This document shows, piece after piece, positions 58,806 to 64,000 of a stretch of DNA of 64,000 bases. The stretch is from positions 32,001 through 96,000 of the forward strand of contig JBHLLP010000007.1 of NCBI GenBank assembly GCA_048885525.1, written 5' to 3'. This stretch comes from Candidatus Hermodarchaeota archaeon. Its GTDB lineage: Archaea; Asgardarchaeota; Lokiarchaeia; Sigyniarchaeales; SOKP01. Each line of letters begins with the position of its first letter. Position 1 is the first letter of the stretch. The position numbers and the translations under genes were made by a program. The notes under the pieces are model-generated. The model saw only the letters and a program-made list of their open reading frames with translations, searched no databases and was not told the origin of the DNA.

Positions 58806-61076
58806 TTATTTCAAATTTTTACCTTCTTGTAATTCATGAATTAAAATTTCATCAATTTGAGAAAAAATAGATTCGAGTTTTTCATTAATTATACTTTGAA
58901 TTTTTTTTTTAGTATAATTAGTTTTCCTATTATTATTTAGTGCTTGAATTGCTTGTTTCGTAATCAATTGTCCTTTTTTACCTAATTCAGCTAGTTTCTG
59001 ATGCGCTGGCTTTTTATTATTAAACTTTTCAATTGGAAATTCTAATGGAAGCTTGAATATATGTCTTGAGCTTCTAATGATATCTACTTGTTTAGTCATC
59101 AGATTGGAATTTAAAATGGCTGATAAATAAAAAGCTTCCTCGAGATCGTTAGTATCATAGAAAGATAAATCTCCAGTAATTAAAAAATCTCCTTGTACAA
59201 CTGCAGAATAAAGTATGGATCCAGAATTATTATATACTACCTTAATTTTTGATAATTGCCTTTGATTAATCAACTTAGACCATCGGTCTATATTTTCTAT
59301 TAAAGATTCATGCTTTGTTGTTTCTTTTTTGTATTTAATATACAAATGATTAATTTTATCATAAAATAGTTTGCCAAATTTATCTAATTTATCATATTTG
59401 AAGTGCAAATCTGATTTACTAAGTGGTAAAAACACGTGGTAACTATTAAAAATAAAAAATTTAACTAATTCTGTACTTTTAACTACTTTAAATATATACT
59501 TTTCTTCAATTATTTCACTTTCAAATTCTTTTTTATTCCATGGAGTTTTAGCTCTTTTGAATATTCTATCATCGGGTTTAATTTTTGCTAAAGTGTTATT
59601 AACTCGATCAAATTTTATAAATATTAGATTTCGTGGGTTTAAATCTGCTCCTTTATGGAATAATGGTTTATAATGGCTTTCTTCTAATGGATAGAGGTGT
59701 TTTAAATTCTCTTGTGAGACAAATTTCTTTATATATTTCTTTCCTGCTTTCTCTTCAATTAAATAAGGTATTAATAGTTCTACTTTTTCCAATTCCAATT
59801 CGATGTCTTTAAAATAGTCAATGGTTTCAAAGTCATTCTTCAGAGTAAAATGATAAGCTTTGATTTGCCTTTTATTTTTTTGATTTACTATTTTCATTTT
59901 TTGTCCGAATAAGCAGATAAAATCGATATTAAATAATGATTCGATTTTTCTTTCAAAAGTCCAAATTATTAAATTAAATAAACCTTTAAAATTACGGAAT
60001 CTAGAAGCATGTGAACCTGTAATGACTCCTTTCGTCATTACAAAAAAAATCTTCGCCCTTTCTTTCATAAATATATTGTGAGCTTTAACAAAAAATAAAG
60101 TAGATATTTCTAGATTTAGTAAATTTTTAGGAAGCGGTTTCAATTCTAATTGTTCAGAAAGTTTTTTAACTTTTTCTTGATACTCCACAGTTTCTATATC
60201 ACGATAGGTATACCACGGTGGATTCCCTATTATTAAATCAAATTTTTTATCAATATCTTTCTCCTTTTGAAATAAAAAGTCGAAAACATATAGATTCAAC
60301 TTAATATCAATGAAAAATTCTTTTAGTATATAGAACAGGTTAACTTTTGATAAATAAATTGAGATGGGATTTATATCATAACCATATATATTATTTATTG
60401 CTGTTATTTTTCTCTCTAATGGCTCATCATGAGAAAGTATATGTTTTACAACTTCAGTTAGAAAATTTCCTGAACCGCAACAAGGATCAAGTACAACATC
60501 TCCAAAAGAATAGGCATCTCTGATCATTCTTTTTACCAAGAAGGGAGGAGTATAATATTCACCAGATTTATGTCTAATAAGAGGAGAGATTATAGTTTGA
60601 ATTAAATGATCAAAAAAGTATTCTGGTTCAATATTTAATTTAAAAAGATTCCTAGAAATCTTTAAAATAAGATCATTAAAAATTGACAGATCTTCTTTTT
60701 CCGAAAGAGAAATTAACGGATTAAAATATTTAATCTCAAAAATCTTGAGGTTCTCATAATTGTTTTTTATATCATCTTCTAAAATTATAAAATTTTTTAA
60801 TGATGTACTATGTGTAATTACCTTTTTTTTATAGTTTAAAATAAATTTTGAGATAAATATATGGCCTATAAAATAAATTAAACCAAAAACAATATATAAT
60901 TGTAGATTTGCTTGTTTCTTTCCATATATATTTTCAAAATCTTTTATCCATCGCTTATACTCACTCTTACTATGAATCTCATATTTTCTTAAGATCTTTT
61001 CTAATTTTATTATGGTCTCATTTATATACAGAGAATCCAATTCTTCAATTTTATTTGGATTTAGTACTTTGACCAA
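58806..61076 (-). CDS. N6-adenine DNA methyltransferase (type IIG/Eco57I-like architecture)
   Basis: GEYYTP, VLDPCCGSGNF (motif I), GYDINP, IIGNPPW (motif IV), C-terminal TRD-like YLSAILNS. Confidence 0.85.
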   Translation of the reverse strand: MVKVLNPNKIEELDSLYINETIIKLEKILRKYEIHSKSEYKRWIKDFENIYGKKQANLQLYIVFGLIYFIGHIFISKFILNYKKKVITHSTSLKNFIILEDDIKNNYENLKIFEIKYFNPLISLSEKEDLSIFNDLILKISRNLFKLNIEPEYFFDHLIQTIISPLIRHKSGEYYTPPFLVKRMIRDAYSFGDVVLDPCCGSGNFLTEVVKHILSHDEPLERKITAINNIYGYDINPISIYLSKVNLFYILKEFFIDIKLNLYVFDFLFQKEKDIDKKFDLIIGNPPWYTYRDIETVEYQEKVKKLSEQLELKPLPKNLLNLEISTLFFVKAHNIFMKERAKIFFVMTKGVITGSHASRFRNFKGLFNLIIWTFERKIESLFNIDFICLFGQKMKIVNQKNKRQIKAYHFTLKNDFETIDYFKDIELELEKVELLIPYLIEEKAGKKYIKKFVSQENLKHLYPLEESHYKPLFHKGADLNPRNLIFIKFDRVNNTLAKIKPDDRIFKRAKTPWNKKEFESEIIEEKYIFKVVKSTELVKFFIFNSYHVFLPLSKSDLHFKYDKLDKFGKLFYDKINHLYIKYKKETTKHESLIENIDRWSKLINQRQLSKIKVVYNNSGSILYSAVVQGDFLITGDLSFYDTNDLEEAFYLSAILNSNLMTKQVDIIRSSRHIFKLPLEFPIEKFNNKKPAHQKLAELGKKGQLITKQAIQALNNNRKTNYTKKKIQSIINEKLESIFSQIDEILIHELQEGKNLK

Positions 61077-61192
61077 AAGTTTAAACTCCTTTTTATTTAT
61101 TGTCTAATATATTCAATGAGCTAACACTTAAATATTAATTAAATACATGTATAATATTTATTAATCTAAACATTAAAAGACATTTTTTAGTT

Positions 61193-61786
61193 TTGACATC
61201 AACAGAGATTAAAATATCTAGAACTCTCGAAAATGGAATTGAATTTTCATGCCAAATGTGTGGGAAATGTTGTACGGGTTTTAACGAAGGAGAAGTTTAC
61301 TTATATAAAGAGGATATAATTAGGTTAGCGAATTTTATAAATCTTAAAGGAAAATCAGGATTGAGAGAATTTGCTAAAAAATATCTTAAAATTATTAATG
61401 ATAGCTTTTCATGGAAAGAACCAGATGCTGAAAGAGCTAAAACTTATCGATTTAAAACCCTTGGATTTAAATTTACCGGAGAAGATGAACGTTGTCATTT
61501 TTTAAAAGAAAACAAATGTACAGTTCATATAGCTCGACCATTTCAATGTAGATCATTTCCTTTTTGGCAAATGATGGTCTCCAGTAAAAAGAATTTTGAA
61601 AACTACACTAAAAAATGCAAGGGTTTACAGGTATTAACGGGAAAATTTTATCCGAAGGAAGAAATCTTAGATTGGGCAAAAAAAGAATATGAAATTGAAA
61701 AGAAATACTTTTTACAAATGAAAAAACATAAATTTAATATTATGAAAGTATATCCTTTCATCCCTAAAGAAATGCTACAAGACTAG
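61193..61786 (+). CDS. YkgJ family cysteine-cluster (CxxCxxCC) protein
   Basis: FSCQMCGKCC, CHFL..CTVH.ARP.QCRSFPFW, CKG. Confidence 0.88.
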   Translation: MTSTEIKISRTLENGIEFSCQMCGKCCTGFNEGEVYLYKEDIIRLANFINLKGKSGLREFAKKYLKIINDSFSWKEPDAERAKTYRFKTLGFKFTGEDERCHFLKENKCTVHIARPFQCRSFPFWQMMVSSKKNFENYTKKCKGLQVLTGKFYPKEEILDWAKKEYEIEKKYFLQMKKHKFNIMKVYPFIPKEMLQD

Positions 61787-61895
61787 AAAAATTCATCTAG
61801 ATGGAATAATTTTTGCTTTTCTTTTTAATTTATTTTATACTTGCCCGTTAAAATTGGTAAGGTAAAAGAAAAAAAAAAGTTAAAATTTAGATTAT

Positions 61896-62651
61896 TTAAA
61901 AGTCTAAAAGTAGTAAGACAAATGCAATTAAAAGCAACCAACCACTCCAACCAACGATTACTAGTGCTGTTCCCGTTATAAGGGTATATGAAGCTGCCAT
62001 TAATGTTGCTGTTGACGTTACCCACCAAAAAAATACAAAGCCAAATATTAAGAGAACCCACCATTCATAGGGTATTTTTATATCCACAAAATCAAAAATG
62101 ATTATAATTAACAAGATTGCTACGATTAGTCCAAAAACACCATTTAAGACCACACCCGTAGATACAGTCCCACCAGCGCCAGTAACCTCTGCCATACCCA
62201 TAAATATTATAATACAATCGTAGATTCCGAAAGCAGCACCTAGGAGTGCCATCATTTTAGATGCTTTCCATCCTCTCTTTTCGGCGAATAGATCTATTAA
62301 AGCTGCCATTGTGACGATTGTTCCAGTAAACCATGATTGTTCACTACCTACAAATCCGATTATAATTGTAACTACACCGAAGATAAGAAGAATCCACCAA
62401 TTAAATGGAAGTTTAATTGGCATTAACTCCCAGTAATTTAAACCAAGAAAAATTATTATGGCAAATGCAAGTTCTAATATACCCCAAAGAGCATTTATTT
62501 CAGTACCTGTCCCAGTATTGTAGAAATATGTTATAGCATCTAAACCTAAATAGAGCATTCCTATAAAAGCAAGTAATTTTACTGCTGTGAGTTTTTCACC
62601 TTCACTCATATTTATCACTAAAATTTTTTTTATATTTTTTTTTAATTCCAA
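61896..62651 (-). CDS. Polytopic membrane protein made of two internal repeats
   Basis: IKLPFNWWILLIFG and IKIPYEWWVLLIFG; AVKLLAFIG and ASKMMALLG. The true start may be the internal MSEGEK. Confidence 0.75.
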   Translation of the reverse strand: MELKKNIKKILVINMSEGEKLTAVKLLAFIGMLYLGLDAITYFYNTGTGTEINALWGILELAFAIIIFLGLNYWELMPIKLPFNWWILLIFGVVTIIIGFVGSEQSWFTGTIVTMAALIDLFAEKRGWKASKMMALLGAAFGIYDCIIIFMGMAEVTGAGGTVSTGVVLNGVFGLIVAILLIIIIFDFVDIKIPYEWWVLLIFGFVFFWWVTSTATLMAASYTLITGTALVIVGWSGWLLLIAFVLLLLDF

Positions 62652-62958
62652 ATTGGAATCAGAATTAGATTATTTTGCCCAATTTAAAAGCTTTTACATA
62701 TTTCTTATTATATGCTTAATAGCATTATCCTTCTTAAAATGAAAAATAGATTGACAATTATCAATATATTTAAAATTTGGAACTTTTTATTCTAATTTGA
62801 ACTGGAGTTTTTCACAGAACCCTAAAAAAAGATATCTATTTAATTAGATGTTTATTTATATTTTAAATTTAAAATTATAATTTCTTGTTTCCAAAAATAA
62901 TATCAATAGTTATTAAAAAAACGACTTTATATTAATTAGAGTTAAATAAGAATGTTTA

Positions 62959-64000
62959 ATGATTCGTGGTTTAAAATTGAAAATTGGCCTATTTTTATGT
63001 GATTGTGGTAAGAACATTAGTGGTGTAATTGATAATAACACGTTAGTCAATCATTTTGAGAAATATCCTGATTTACATGTATTTAGAGACCAGTATTTAT
63101 GTTCTGAATTAGGTTTAAATAAAATTATTGATGAGATCAAAGAAAAAAAAGTTGATCGTGTGGTTATTGCTGCTTGTTCATTTAAATTACATGGTTTACT
63201 TTTTCGTAAAACTATTGAAAAAGCAGGTATTAATCGATTTTTAATATCATTTGCTAACATACGAGAACAGAATTCATGGGTTCATTATGATGAACCAAAA
63301 AAGGCAACAAGAAAGGCAATAGATCAAATAAATATGGCAATAGAACGTGTTAAACTTTTAGAGCCATTAGAAGTTCAATATTCGGATATCTCACCATCTG
63401 TTTTAATCATTGGAGGTGGTATTGCTGGAATCAAAGCTGCTCTTATAATTGCTGATACAGGGAATAAAGTATATTTAGTCGAAAAAGAGCCTACAATTGG
63501 GGGTCATATGGCGTTATTTGATAAGACATTCCCCACTTTGGATTGCTCAATTTGTATACTAGGTCCATTAATGACGGAGGTAAAAGATCATCCAAATATT
63601 GAATTATTAACTTACTCTACAATTGAGAGTGTTGACGGTTATATTGGAAATTTTGATGTGAAAATCAAAAAAAAACCGCGATTTATTAAAGAAGATGATT
63701 GTGTAGGATGTTTTGATATTTGTCGAGAAGTTTGTCCAATAGATGTAGAAGAAACATTCTTTCCCAGAAAAGCGATAGATGTTCCTTATCCTCAAGCAAT
63801 ACCCTTATTTCCAAATATCTTAGAAGAAACCTGTATTGGTTGTAAAGCATGTGCTCAAGCTTGCGACAGAGATGCTATTGATTTTGACCAAAAAGCCGAA
63901 ATTGTCAATATAACAGTAGGATCGATTATAGTAGCAACAGGTTTGAAACCATTTGATCCCTCAGTATTGGGAGAATATAGTTATGAGAAATATCCCGATG
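62959..64000 (+). CDS. hdrA: Heterodisulfide reductase subunit A (5' part; runs off the window)
   Basis: Not in the track because it has no stop in the window. KIGLFLCDCG.NI, YLCS, VVIAACS, ANIREQNSWVH, VLIIGGGIAG, DKTFPTLDCSICIL, and two ferredoxin motifs (CVGCFDICREVCP, CIGCKACAQAC). Confidence 0.93.
   Translation, partial: MIRGLKLKIGLFLCDCGKNISGVIDNNTLVNHFEKYPDLHVFRDQYLCSELGLNKIIDEIKEKKVDRVVIAACSFKLHGLLFRKTIEKAGINRFLISFANIREQNSWVHYDEPKKATRKAIDQINMAIERVKLLEPLEVQYSDISPSVLIIGGGIAGIKAALIIADTGNKVYLVEKEPTIGGHMALFDKTFPTLDCSICILGPLMTEVKDHPNIELLTYSTIESVDGYIGNFDVKIKKKPRFIKEDDCVGCFDICREVCPIDVEETFFPRKAIDVPYPQAIPLFPNILEETCIGCKACAQACDRDAIDFDQKAEIVNITVGSIIVATGLKPFDPSVLGEYSYEKYPD

Noticed and set aside
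63520-63560. Possible selenocysteine in HdrA
   Set aside because: The DKTFPTLDCSICIL segment uses TGC/TGT, and I found no in-frame TGA in the part of hdrA inside the window.
1-64000. tRNA, rRNA, IS elements or integrases
   Set aside because: On manual reading I saw no GC-rich cloverleaf or rRNA-like segments, terminal inverted repeats or transposase/integrase ORFs. A tRNAscan/Infernal run would be needed to exclude short RNAs.

Overview
AT-rich, gene-dense archaeal chromosomal segment. It is most consistent with an Asgard archaeon of the Lokiarchaeia/Promethearchaeota type: PAN, TFB and HdrABC occur together with eukaryote-signature-like proteins (Rpn11/CSN5-like JAMM proteins, tandem Roadblock, longin/uDENN-like, MglA-like small GTPase, TPR-longin). 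Housekeeping content covers sulfur and Fe-S metabolism (IscS, IscU, cysteine synthase, aspartate-semialdehyde sulfurtransferase pair), a copper-export locus, TldD/TldE, several hydrolases and transporters, and a large N6-adenine DNA methyltransferase. I saw no rRNA, tRNA, CRISPR array or transposase. The standout finding is a 31-nt bulge-helix-bulge (tRNA-splicing-endonuclease type) intron at 30562-30592 inside a protein-coding gene. It splits the catalytic JAMM motif of an MPN protein, and cutting at the canonical bulge positions exactly restores both the reading frame and the H-x-H-x7-S-x2-D spacing. That gene belongs to a cluster of three JAMM-coiled-coil proteins next to an AAA+/VWA gene. 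Other notable items missed by the ORF track are a 45-aa Sem1/DSS1-like acidic microprotein near PAN, a small metalloprotein gene nested in frame at the 3' end of copA, a gene with one in-frame TGA, a decayed or ATA-initiated small gene, and a candidate structured ncRNA.
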